64,000 nt of DNA from the human T2T-CHM13v2.0 reference genome, Homo sapiens. The stretch lies in NCBI RefSeq assembly GCF_009914755.1, contig NC_060939.1; one strand, given 5' to 3'. A model generated the notes under the pieces. It worked only from the letters and a program-made list of their open reading frames with translations, made no database searches and was not told the origin of the DNA. Made by a program: the position numbers and the translations under genes. Position 1 is the first letter of the stretch. The number at the start of each line of letters is the position of its first letter. Below are positions 47,472 through 62,017 of the stretch, piece after piece.

Positions 47472-50400
47472 TCTGATCAAGAATGGAGAATCTCAGTCCT
47501 ATGAGGACAAAGAGGCTTCCATGACCTACTAAGTTGCCTGGTATTGTTCAGTCTCTCCTGCAGGCTCTTTGTCTTGTAGCCTAAGTATCTCTTGGTAGAA
47601 AAAAGAAGTCTCAGGACAGGTGGGTGAGGAGATGCACTCTCATGTCTTAAGTTCAGCTGGTGCTATGCTGGGGGCTACTGTTTGATCTGGAGAAACAATG
47701 GGCCTATCTGGGCTGCCTTCTGCTACTATGTCATGGGGGAAAGAAGTACTGGATATGGATGGCCTTCCTCTCAGGTGGGAGGACACAAGGCATCTTGATG
47801 TTGTGTTGTTGCTCAAATCCTGGGTCCCCACACCAGCTCTTCTATTTTTACCACCTGCAGAGTTCTCCTTTATTTGCTTTTTGTACCATTTGCAGTGCTT
47901 AAGGTTGTGCCTAGTGAGAGGGAGCAGGAAGAAATGGGTCTATGCCTTCTTATTTGAGCTACAGCTTACTTAGATGTTTTTGATCCTTGTTTCTCCAATA
48001 TTAATGATTAATTTTTAAAACTTTACCCTAAATTAATCTGTATTACCTTTTTTCCATAAACTCCATAAAGACAGAATGTGTTTCATTTTTATATAATTAA
48101 ACACCCTGCCTGCAATTTACAAACAAATGATATGTCATTTAAGTTTCATAAATGGGAAAAAGATTAATCACAGACAGTTTATTTCTTTAAAAAATAACAC
48201 AAATTTCTTATTTCTGTATTTGTCATAAGTTCAACCTTTTTGCATTATCTTGATCAGTGTAAAATGCTTGGATGGTCAGTGTTGTTTGACTTGTGTCTGT
48301 ATTTGGTTAGGATCCATTTAAACTCTCTAGGATAATGTCAAAATCAATTTCTTCCTTTATACTTTCTTATTTTCAAAGAAATGGTGCTAAATATTTCTAT
48401 GAATATATGGAAATATCTATGCGAATATGTATCTGACTAAAAATGTTGCGGGCATCTTTTCTGTTTTTTTAACCCTTTGTAATATTTTTATTTTGTTTAT
48501 TTAGTGATATAAGGGAAAATTGTGAGCATTTAACTACATAATCTTTATGTTTCCACCAAACTCAATTTTTTAGTTCTTAGTATATGGCCTATAATCTAAC
48601 TTTAATTTATCCCTTTTATATTAGCTTATTTTCTTGTTAACAACAAGGATATCTCTTCTGGAGTATCTCAAGTCAAGGTAGAAAAAGTAGTCAACAGGAA
48701 AATGAACAGAACAGTTTTGGATATGTATGAGAATTTAAAGCAAATGTTTCTAAATGAGAAATTGTAACTCAGGAAATATTTGGCACATTCTATCAAAATT
48801 TTGTGAATTTTGATAATAAAACATTCACAATTCAATTAGGAGTAAAGGAAGAAAATATAAGCTATATCTATCAATAAAAGATTTTTTTCCATTTTTGTTT
48901 CATCTAGCAATATTCTTTTCCCTCCATAAGGAATCTGTTAAAAACTCTCTTCTTACTATCCTTCAGTCTTTTAAAATGTGTTAAATTCCCACAGTGCATT
49001 ATTAGAGCCTATATCTGTGGACACTCTTTATGTGTTGGTATTTGAGCAAAAGTAGAAAGAATAAATCCAGAAATAAAAATGAATGGGAAATTTGACAGGA
49101 GAGATTGCTTTCTACTGCCAAATATATAACTATACTTCATCTAGTCTATCACTCAAGGAGGTTTCAGAATGAAGAATCATTTCCAAAATGCCATCCTACT
49201 TTCATCTTTTCCCAAGGAGGTTCAGAATAACCTGCAAGTGGATCACTGAACAAAGAAAGTACAAAACCACAAATAGTCCCTCTAAGGTCCTTTAAAACAC
49301 AAACTTGGAACATTTTTATGACATTTCAAAATGACTTGTGATCCTGATACTACTATTTAAAGATATAGCTTGAATCAAATAAAATAAATTATAGGTCATC
49401 TGACTAAGGATGGAACATTTTGTTTTGTTTTTTTCCCCATTTGACTTCTTAAAATTAATTATAGTTTCTTTAATATATATTGCAGAGATTATATATTTTT
49501 AAATCCAGGTTATAGAATAAAAATACTTTGCTTATCATCATTTGATATAAGTTCTATAAGTAAAAACTCAGTTCTACTTATATATTTCTACATAGAAGCA
49601 CCACTTATAGTTTGTTGGCTTTTTAAAAAGAAGAAGGTAAAATTATACTAACGGATTTTGCTATGAGATGGATCAACCTAGATTTTATGAATAGAATAAT
49701 TAACTTAAGTGCTTCAAATAGGTTTAGTGTTTTATGGTCTGAGACACTGCTTCCATCTAAAGAAACACCAATTTAGGAGAAACTAGAAAAAGAATTGGGA
49801 AAGAAGAAGAAAGTGTTTTTTGGAAATACACCAACCATAAAAGAGCGAAGCTCACTCTGCTCCTCTTAAAGTTTACTGCATTGTAATTGGGAATGTGTTA
49901 TTTCCATGGTTCCTTTGAGTAACATAGACATAAGCAAAGAGAGTATTTATGTTCTGCACGAGTCCATCCATGTCTCTATTGGTGTGATTACCCTCCCCAC
50001 CCATGCACCTTCCGTCCAAGCAGGAGTGCAGCCTGCTTGGGCTCAATGTCCCCTCTTCTGAGAAGCAGCCCGGCCCAATCCTGAGCGCCCCTGGTGCCGC
50101 AATCCCTCCTCACGCGTATGGGGCTGGCCGTTGATGTCGCCTGGGCTGGGGGTGCACCTGCAGCACAAACACGTGACTGAGCATCTTCTTGTCCCGGACC
50201 CTCTCGGCGTTGGACCCCAGGAAGCCCCTCCAGGGGGCTTCAGTCGCCCACCCACCTACAAAGCCCCTCATCTGCAGCGGCGGCTTCGTTCCCGGGACGC
50301 GCCCCAGGCTCTGCTCAGGCATGGCCCGCAGACCCTCAGGAGCCCCCGAAACATGATGACCTCCAGCCACGTGCCAGCTGCCAGGAGGGGGCTTCAAGAC

Positions 50401-51906
50401 CCCAGCTGAGCACCCGGCTGGCCGTGCCCCAGGGACAGAGGACCCAGTGTGACAGAATCCGGCCTGGGCCACAGCCACCCACGCAGCCCATCCCAGTTCA
50501 GCCCGAGGTGGACAAGAAAAGTCCCACCAGGGACTGGAGCAGATGGGGCGGGCTCCGGACCCCTGCCTGGCCCACCATCTGTCCTGCTAGTCGGTCCGTC
50601 TCCCCAGGCAACCCCTTCTCCCGGCCCACCATCTGCCCGGCCCTGCTAGGCCCTCCTCCTAGCTCCTCCAGGGCCCTCGGGAGGGGACAGAGCTGGAGCC
50701 AGGGCCCAGACCTCTGCTGCTTTGGGCCCGCCCCATCTGGCACCTCCAGGAGAAGGGGGCAGCAAGAGCTTGGCCAGGGCAGGGGCACTCCAGGGCAGCC
50801 GAAGGGCCTCGCCAGCTGTCTCATGATGAGATGAGCAGAGGGAGAGGGAGGAGAGGAAGGGAGAGGAAGGGAGAGGCTCTGGGAGGACAAGGGCCCCTCC
50901 CCTCCTCCTCCCCTCTTCCTCCCCTGCCCATGTGGCCTGGGCGGGAGGGACACGCGGATGGGAACATCCCAGCTGGTCCAGGCCTCTGCTCCCCCCAGCT
51001 CCTCCTCCTTGGCTGGCAGCTCTTCTGGGCTCCTGAGGTGCTGCGCAGCCCCTTCCCTGGCCCTGGGACACCCAGTGCCTGAGATGAAAGAGGAGTTGCT
51101 TCCATGGAGGGTCCCAGTGCAGGCCGGGGGGCGCTGGCCCTCAGGACACCAGGCCCCCAAGACATAGGGACACCAGAAGCCCCCGATCTGCCTCCAAGGT
51201 CCAGCAGCCCCAAAGCCCCTGCTCAGAAGCCAGCGATGGGAGGGCAGGGCCTGCCTGTGGGACCCACCATGGGCGCAGCAATCGCCAGGCCCTGGGCAGA
51301 CAGCAGCGCAGCCTGAGTCCAGGTCTGGGGCAAGTCGGCAAGTGCACCCCCAGAGGTGGAATGACAGGAGCTCCTGTGGAGGACGCAGGCGGCCCCCGCC
51401 CCTCACTCCACTGTGAGGCCTGAGGATGCACACGGGCAGCTCTCACCGGCTTATGAAATGCCCCCACCCCACTGCCTCTCTGGGTCCTCCTCATCCTGTG
51501 GCCTGCAGGGTCAGGAGCGTGACTTTGGTGTCAGGAGAGAGGATGGCTCCTCCCTGTGGTGGGTGTTGGGGGGAGGAGTGGGGTTCATTATAAATTACAC
51601 TCCCCTCGAACCTGGCTCTTAGGCGAGGGCAGGGCTGGGGTTCACCCTGCTCTCTGCAGGGGAGGGTCAGCCCCCAGGTATGCCTGGGTGGGTCTCCACG
51701 GCAGGCCAAGAGGGCAGGCCCTGGGCACGTCCACCCCCTCTCTCTGGTCCCACAGCTCCCCTACTCGCCACCTGCCCTGAGCAGCCCCCAGGAGAGCACA
51801 CGCAGGGAGGATGCTGAGGGGCTGGAGGGCAGGAGTCCCGGCTGAGGCTGTGACCCCAGCTGTGCTCCCTGTTCCCTCTTAGGACCAGCCAAGACCCAAG
51901 GACAGG

Positions 51907-51918
51907 CGGCCAATCAGG
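51907..51918 (+). promoter_or_regulatory. NF-Y/CCAAT box match
   Basis: GGCCAATCAG matches the RRCCAATCA consensus; motif only, no functional evidence. Confidence 0.3.
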
Positions 51919-52611
51919 GCCCGGCGTTTACCCCTCCTCCCCCACCCCCATCACGGGCCTCCCGTGGGACCCCCAGGAAGAGCAGCTTCCATTGACTGAG
52001 GTCAGGGGACACCCTCCCGCTGACACTCACTCTCCACGGATCCTGGAGCCCATGAGTCGCCTCCCCACCTCCACTGCACTGGACCCCCCGCAGGCCCTGG
52101 TGGGGGTGGCCACGGATAACCACACAAACATGCATTTTCCTTGTAGGAGCAGGCAGGTGACAACCAGTGTCCTACTTTCTTGCATTAAAACACCCAAATC
52201 AACAGGGCGAAGGCCCGGAGGAGGGGACCTGAGGGAGCCAGCCGGGCGCTCAGCCTGCTTCGCTGGGATGCTTGTCGAGGTTGGGACCGCACTACCAAAC
52301 TCACCTCTGTGCACCCTGCGGGGCCCAGGAAACTCGGTCCTCCCTGGGCTCCCCCAGGCCTGGGGTGGACGTTGGAATAAAGTGGGGACAACACGATGAG
52401 ACCCCAGCCCTGGAGGTGCCCTCGGCAGAAGCCCGAGATCAAACCTGGGAGATTTGTGGCTGGACAGCACCACCTGGTGGACACATTGGAGATTACCAAA
52501 GCCGAACAGTCGATTCGTTCTTGGTTCTGGGATTTTCTTAATTGGGTCTTAGCTGGGGCTTCCTTTCCCTTTCCCCAGTAGCAGGGGCTTTGTGACTATC
52601 AGAAACACCTG

Positions 52612-52647
52612 CCAGGCCTGTGCAACATGGGGAGACCTCATCTCTGC

Positions 52648-52700
<53 letters not shown>

Positions 52701-52853
52701 TAGTGAGGTGCGGTCGTCCCAGATATTCAGGACGCTGAGATGGGAGGATCGCTTGAACCCAGGAGGTCGAGGCTGCAGTGAGTCGTGATCATGCCACCGC
52801 ACTCCAGTTAGGGTGACAGAGAGAGACCCTGTCTCTAAAGAAAGAAAAGAAAA
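52612..52853 (+). mobile_element. 5'-truncated AluJ with (CA)~24 expanded in its central linker (52651-52699)
   Basis: GGAGGATCGCTTGAACCCAGGAGGTCGAGGCTGCAG; a CA run replaces the A-rich linker. Confidence 0.85.
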
Positions 52854-53244
<391 letters not shown>

Positions 53245-53296
53245 TCAAACAAGGCAGGGAAATCAATGGCCCTGAAGAAAGAGTTTCTCTTCAACA

Positions 53297-53469
53297 AGCC
53301 CCCTCCGTCCCTGACACTGGCACCAAGGCATTCACCCACCAGCCCCTCTGTCCCTGACACTGGCACCCTGGCATTCACCCACCAGCCCCTCCGTCCCTGA
53401 CACTGGCATTCTGGCATTCACCCACCAGCCCCTCCCCTCCCTGACACTGGCACCCCGGCATTCACCCAC
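53297..53469. repeat. 43-bp minisatellite, 4 copies
   Basis: Unit AGCCCCTCCGTCCCTGACACTGGCACCCTGGCATTCACCCACC starting near 53297 and at 53341, 53384, 53427. Confidence 0.93.
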
Positions 53470-53872
53470 TGTCCGGGGCAACCAACCTTTCCTCCCACCA
53501 CTGATGGGACAGCACCCTGGCCTACCACTTTTGAGGTGAAAAAAATTAGAAATCCCTGGCTAAAGAGGGGACAAATCGAGCCTAAAATCAAGCCTTGGTA
53601 TCTCGCTTTTTAAATCTGCCTATACCTTTTGTGTATTGGTTGTGTAATTTTTTGTGTATTCATTGTGTGTAATTGCTGAATACACAATGAATACACAAAA
53701 GCTATAAATAGATTTAAAGAGAGAAACCAAACCAAAACCCATCGGTAGTCCACTGGAAAAACAAGGCTCCAACTCTCTATTCGGAACATTGTCAATTAAA
53801 AGAAAAGAATTAAGAATTTCCCTTTTAAACTATATTTCAGGGTAACTCAATAACTCTAGTGGACAACAGCAA

Positions 53873-54477
<605 letters not shown>

Positions 54478-54625
54478 TTTTTGTTGTTGTTGTTTTTGAT
54501 AGAAGAATTTCAGCTACTCATTGTGAAGAGATGAGATCATGAGAGAAACCACGATTTTGCCACCTCTCATGACATAATTATTTCTCGCAAGGGTCATGGA
54601 TGAGATCAGTAATGACAAAACAAGG

Positions 54626-54847
54626 GCATCACAGGGTGGGTTCAGGCTATGACCACCTGGACCTACTGGCCACACTTAGCATCACAGGGTGGGTTCGGGC
54701 TGTGGCCACTTGGACCCACGGGGCACACTTAGCATTACAGGGTAGGTCAGGGCTATGGCCACCTGGACCCACTGGGCACACTTTGCATCACAGGGTGGGT
54801 TCGGGCTCTGGCCACCTGGACCCACGGGGCACACTTAGCATCACAGG
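54626..54847. repeat. 53-bp minisatellite, ~4.2 copies
   Basis: Unit CATCACAGGGTGGGTTCGGGCTGTGGCCACCTGGACCCACGGGGCACACTTAG at 54627, 54680, 54733, 54786, partial at 54839. Confidence 0.93.
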
Positions 54848-55495
54848 TGCTTCCATGTGGCTCTCACAGCTCTGCCCACGAAGGCTTCTGGCAAAGAAAG
54901 ATGAGCCTGAATCTAAGGGCATTTCTGCAGCACAGCTTCCATTTGCAGGAGACATGGGGCGAGGCGACACCACAGAGAGGCAAACAGCTGCGTGATAGGC
55001 GACACATTTGCAGGACAGCTGATCTGGTTTCTGCAACAAATCACAAGTGGTGGGAGGAGCAGTGGGGGTCAGGGGCGGCGCCTGATCTAGAGTAAGAGAG
55101 GTTCAAGAGGCGCCACCACAAAACTTAAACTGTGGGCCTTGTTAGGAACCTATGTGTTCCATCTGATGGATGTAAGCAAACAATCAGGGGAATGTGATTC
55201 CGGATGGGGCCTGAGCAGGTGCCAAGGAATGACTGTTAATTTGAACATTGCCCTAAGGGAGCCGCAAGTGTGTTCCAGAGTTTCCCGTACTTGGCGCCTT
55301 GCAACCTGAAGTTCATAGGAACAAAATTTCAGAACATTTGCTACAGGATGGAAGATGCTTCAGCCAAAGGGGAAAAGGAAAGAGAAAGACAACAGCAATG
55401 CATGAAACAAGTGTGGCAATTATCGATAAAGCATGTGTGGTGATCACTGATCACATGTGTGAGTTTATTTGAAAAGTTACATTAAAAAATTTTGA

Positions 55496-56188
<693 letters not shown>

Positions 56189-56454
56189 TCACCCCTAAGC
56201 CTCACCTCTCTGTTTCAGGGGATCCGAGTTTGGGGAAGGAAAGTCTATGGGGCCATCATTTCTCCCTTGTGGCTCCTGCGCCCGCAGCCATGGGCCCCTC
56301 ACACTGGGGCTGGGTGCCTGAGCAGAGTCCCTGTCCAGCCCCCACCAAGCTCCAGCATCCTGGACACCTCATGCCATCCCTCCTGGACTTTGTGCTGGGG
56401 ATGAGGTCAATTTGAGAGCCTCCCTGAGGTCTGGTCACTCCTGCACACCCTCCA

Positions 56455-57045
56455 CGGTGGGCAGAATGGTGCCCCCCAAAAGGCCCACATCCTAATCCCG
56501 GGACTGTGAATGGGCTACTTTTCATGGCAAAAGGGACATTGCCAGTGTGACCGAGGGTCCTGCGATGGGAGGCTCCCCGGCATCATGCAGGTGAACCCAG
56601 TGGCATGACAAGGGCCCCTGTGAGAGAGAGGCAGGGGTCAGAGCAGACCTGGTGCAAAAGCAGTGGGTGTGGTGATGCCCCAGCCTGGGACTGAGGCCCA
56701 GAACGTGGTGGCCTTCAGAAGCCGGGAAAGGCCAGGAGATGCATCTGCCCCCAGCCTCCAGAAGGAGCCAGCCCTGCTGACACCGTGGCTTTAGCCCAGT
56801 GCGGCCCCGTGGGACTTCTGACCCCCCGAACTCTAAAATAATAAATTGGCATTGTTTTGATCCTTCTGTGGCTGATATGTGTGATGAGGGGGTTTTCACA
56901 CTCTTGCGTGGGACGTGCAACGTCTTTAGAACAGTGGCACATTACCTGTCCTACATGGGGGAAAAAAGAGGAAAAAATAAATACATTTGCATTGTTTTAG
57001 ACCACTAAGTTTGTGGTCACGTGTAACAGCAGGAACAGCAAACAG
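56455..57045 (+). mobile_element. MLT1 (D-like) MaLR LTR containing a snoRNA retrocopy
   Basis: GGCAGAATGGTGCCCCCCAAA..CATGGCAAAAGGGAC..CCACTAAGTTTGTGGT..CAGCAGGAAC. Confidence 0.8.
56860..56977 (+). pseudogene. U13 (SNORD13) box C/D snoRNA processed pseudogene
   Basis: ATCCTTCTGTGG..GTGATGA..GGGTTTTCACACTCTTGCGTGGGACGTGC..GGCACATTACCTGTC aligns by eye to remembered U13. Box C TGATGA at 56882; box D decayed; A-rich tail; 19-bp TSD with 2 mismatches at 56840-56858 and 56980-56998. Confidence 0.85.
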
Positions 57046-58316
57046 ATGTGCCCTCCGAGGCTCCCCTACATGCCTGCGAAGCTTGGGGACGCTGGGGAGG
57101 GTCACCTTGGCCATCTGGGGGCAGGTGGTACATCAAGACCCTCCCTCCCTCATCACCACCCTTCCTCCCCCATCACCATCCTCAATGGCACGGGGGCAAC
57201 CCATGGTGAAGCAGCCGGACAGGCAGACTGTGCTAATTCCCTGCAAGGCAGAGCTGTTCCTCCAGCTTTGGAATGCAGCCAGCCCCTGCATGGCAGCCTC
57301 AAGGGGACAGGACCCCCCCCCATGCTCTCTCTTTCCCCTGGCCCCGACCCTGCCCCTCTGCTCCCTGCCCCCCAGCCCCACTGCCTTGGGCCTCCCTTGA
57401 GCTCCCAGGACAGGTCAGCAAATTGCTATGTGTGCATGTTTTCTAGGGAGAGTCCACAACCATGGTCAGAGTCCCTCGAGTCCAAAAAGAGACAGAGCCA
57501 CAGCCTCAAGCGGCTCCTTGGGCCCCGGGTTCTGAGCTGGAATTGGATTACCTGAGCCAACTCTTAGTCCATGGTGACAGGCATCTGCTGATGTAGCCTC
57601 CTCTTATCTTCCCCAGAAACCAGATTAGACGCGGCCAGCAAAAAGAATATTCTCAGCTGGCAAAACGCTTTCACCGGCCACCAAAGGCCCCCTGTCCCTC
57701 CAGCCCACGGAGGGCACGGCGCCTCCTCATCCAAATGGGCTCTGGGCCCTGTGCCCCACATTCCTGGAGTGAGCCTAGACCTTGCGCTGCGTCCATCGTC
57801 TGGGAGCGTTGTGGGGTGTGGGTTCCCCCCACATCCAGACCCTTGAGTCCTCAGGAGCAAGGACTGGCCTCTCTGGTTTCCCTTCACACAGCAGGTGCTG
57901 AATCAATGCCCAGGAACCGAGGCGTCCTGTGAGGCGACAGAGGCTGAGCTGGAGAAGGCTCACCTGAGACCTGCACAGATTCAGGCGTTATCGCTGCCAA
58001 GGCCCAGCAAAGGAAGCGAGGCTGCCGTGGACACAACTCATGGCTCAAACTGGGGCGGCCTGAATGTTCCTTTGTGGGTCCCCAGGGCTGGTGGAGGGGG
58101 GTCTATTCTCTTCCCCCTGATCTTTCAGCAGGTCCTGGCTCACCAGGGCTCAGCCCCACCCTCCAACGCACCAGGTGTCACTGGGCACCTGCTCAGTGGA
58201 GCCTGTTGCTGTTCAGAGACTGAAAGTGGTGATGGTGAGGCCAACACCGATGGCCATGGGACCAACATCAAGGTGAGGAAACCATCAAGGACTGCACCAG
58301 AGGGATACCCCTCCTT

Positions 58317-58317
<1 letters not shown>

Positions 58318-58359
<42 letters not shown>
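58318..58359. repeat. (AC)~21 microsatellite
   Basis: Direct reading. Confidence 0.95.
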
Positions 58360-58362
<3 letters not shown>

Positions 58363-60262
58363 ATCCTGTCCCCTGATGGGGTAAGTAAGGGGGAGCAGGC
58401 CCTGCAGTGACCTGTTGGCCATCTCTTATCCACCCGACATGGCCAAAGGTAGCCACGTTATCTCCCATTGCATGTCCTCTCCTCTGTATCAGGACACAGT
58501 AGACATCCAGGTGCCTATAAAATAGACGTTTTTGGAGATAAGAGGCCCTTTGCAGCCTCTCTGGAAAGACTCTGTGAGAACAGTCCTGGTGAATGGAGAA
58601 GCCCTTAGCCACATGGTGTCAGGGGCCCCACCGCACCTCTGGCCTTTGGACAAAGTCAGCACCAGCCACTCCCACCCCACCCACCACTTTCATGCGTTCT
58701 GCAGCTGCCACTCCCTGCCCGCCAGGGTGACCAGATGCTGGCCGGAGCCAGGGCGGGGGGGGAACTCTTCAGCATTTCCACAGGAAACCCCAGACCCTGT
58801 TCCCGCAGCCTGGCCCTCAGACAACTGCTCCCACTCTCCCCCTGCCCATGGGAGCTCAGCCTCTGGGGCAAGAGGGGACCCTGTTTACACCAATGCACCT
58901 AGGAAAAACCTTGGGGAAAATTCCAGGCCTGAGTCCTGAGTGTCCCCAGAGTCCACAGCTGGTGGCAGAGGGCCAAGAAGATAGTGACAATGAGGATTTA
59001 TACCCCAGCAATGAGGGGACAGTGACAAGGCAGCTTCTCTGCAGGTCCACACAGGAAAAGAAACCCACAGCACGGCTCCGTGCAGCAGGGGCTCTGAGTG
59101 ACACTCGCAAGGCCGTGGCATCAGGCAGGGGACCCCCCCCACCGCGGAGGGCATGGCTCAGCAGAAGCCAGGAGAGGGTGGGTCCTGGGATCCCAACCCA
59201 AAGCAGGCAGTCAGGAACTGAGTGACCACGGGTACCCTGGGGGTACAGGTAGGAGGGAGGAGAGTGTCTCCGAGGCCCCCTTGCCAACCCTCAATGCCAA
59301 GTCCAGCAAAGGTGGTTTTCTGGCACCAACTAGCAGGCACTGATCCCCCTCATATCCCCAACTCATGACCCAGCCACCTTTCCCAGGGGCTGAGTGGCTC
59401 TGAACAGGGGTGGAGCCGTGGGGCAGTCTGGGGCTGACACCCAGGAGGCGTTGGGGGAGGCGCCCACTCAGGCCCTCGCTGCCCCGGGGAAAGGCCACTG
59501 CAGGCAAAGCACGCTGACACCAGAGCCTTCGGCAGAGGAGGGGGAAATTGTTTATGTCTTGCGCTCCTTCTTACCGTGGGCCTCCTGGGGGCTCCTGGCC
59601 CTGGGTGAGCAGGACGGACCCGGACCCGAGATGCCTCAGAGGGAAGCTTCTTGGGCAGGAGGACAGCACAGGCCATGGAGTCCCAGGGGGAGGGGGAGGG
59701 CTGTCCCACTGGGCCCCAGTGGGTCCTCTGCAGCAGGACAGTCTAGCCTGCCCCTGGCCATGCTGAGCCACATGGCTCTCCTCTCCGAGACCCTGTGGTG
59801 ACAGGCAAGAGCACAGGGGTGGTGGGGCAGAGGCACTGTTGAAAAACCTGCCCAAGGGCCTGCCCTTGGCATCTCCTGGACCCACCCTCATCTTCCCTGA
59901 GGCTGTCCGAGTGCTTTCCCGGGTAGTCTGTCCTCAGTGGGAATGCCGCAAGCCTCCTCCTTGTGCCTGGCACAGCCCTACATGCTGGGGGAGGGGACAC
60001 TAATGATCATCCCCAGCTCACAGGCACAGGAGGGAGGCCTGGGGCAGGGGTAGCCCAGGGTCGTGGCTGAGCCACTGAGAAAAGCTCAGATCCCCAACCC
60101 CCTCAGCTCTTCCTCCCCCAGGTTCCTAACCACGGCCCGACCTCCCTGGTCCAGTGAATGTCCCACTCCGCATTGTGTGCTACCCACTGGGTTCCTCCAA
60201 GGTTCTCAGAGTCCAAGCCTGGTGATCACCAACAAAAATCTCTGCAAACAGCAGATTCCTAC

Positions 60263-60866
60263 ACAGATGGCCCTGCCTTATTAGGATGGTGCCACCGACA
60301 GGCCCCGACTCCACGATGGTAAGAATGTGGCCAGAACTCAGTAGCAACGGCACTTAAGTCCCACACAACCATGTTCACTTTCAGTACAGTATTCGACAAA
60401 TTGCACAAGAAAATCAACACCTGATTAGAAAACTAGCTTCATGAGCTGGGGACAGTGGTTCACGCCTGTAATCCCAGCATTTTAGGAGACCAAAGCAGGA
60501 GGATGGCTTGAGCCCAGGAGTTCAAGACCAGCCTTGGCAACATGGCGAGACCCCATTTCTACAAAACATAACAAACCTTTTTTTAAATTAGCCAGGCGTG
60601 GTGGCACATACCTGTTGTCCCAGCTTCTTGGGTTGCTGAGGTAGGAGGATCATTTAAGCCCAGGGGTTTGAAGCTGCAGTGAGCTATAATCACACCACTG
60701 CACTCTAGCCTGGGCAGCAGAGTGAGAGTCTGCCTGAAAAAAAAAAAAAAAAAAAAAAGCTTTGTGTGAGCTGATTTTGCCTACCTAGAGGCTAATGGGA
60801 GTGTCTTGAGCACATCTGAGGTCAGCTGGGCTGAGCTGGCAGGGCGGTTAGGCATACTAAATGCCT
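60263..60866 (-). mobile_element. MER47A-like (Tigger-derived) DNA transposon split by an AluJ
   Basis: TTCACTTTCAGTACAGTATTC..CAACAC and GCTTTGTGT..GATTTTGCC..GGCTAATG..TGAGCAC match remembered MER47 antisense. Confidence 0.7.
60444..60758 (+). mobile_element. AluJ
   Basis: GGAGGATGGCTTGAGCCCAGGAG; poly(A). Confidence 0.88.
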
Positions 60867-61206
<340 letters not shown>

Positions 61207-61303
61207 TGAACACCTGTGTGCAAGTATCTCTTTGAGACCCTGCTTCCAGTTCTCTTGGGCGTATACCCAGGAGTGGTATACATGAACAAATAAACAAGGG
61301 ACA

Positions 61304-61923
<620 letters not shown>

Positions 61924-62017
61924 TCACAGAGGGGCATAGACTCACACCCGGAATTTCTAGGTGTGAGCACAGAGGCTCCTAGAGAGGAGGAAGGTGGGTC
62001 GTCAAGCATATGGGTAT

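Noticed and set aside
50043-52581. Dense overlapping ORFs, including 311 aa at 50498-51433
   Set aside because: Expected from stop-codon scarcity in GC-rich DNA. They are Pro/Gly/Arg/Ser-rich, occur on both strands and contain no recognisable domain.
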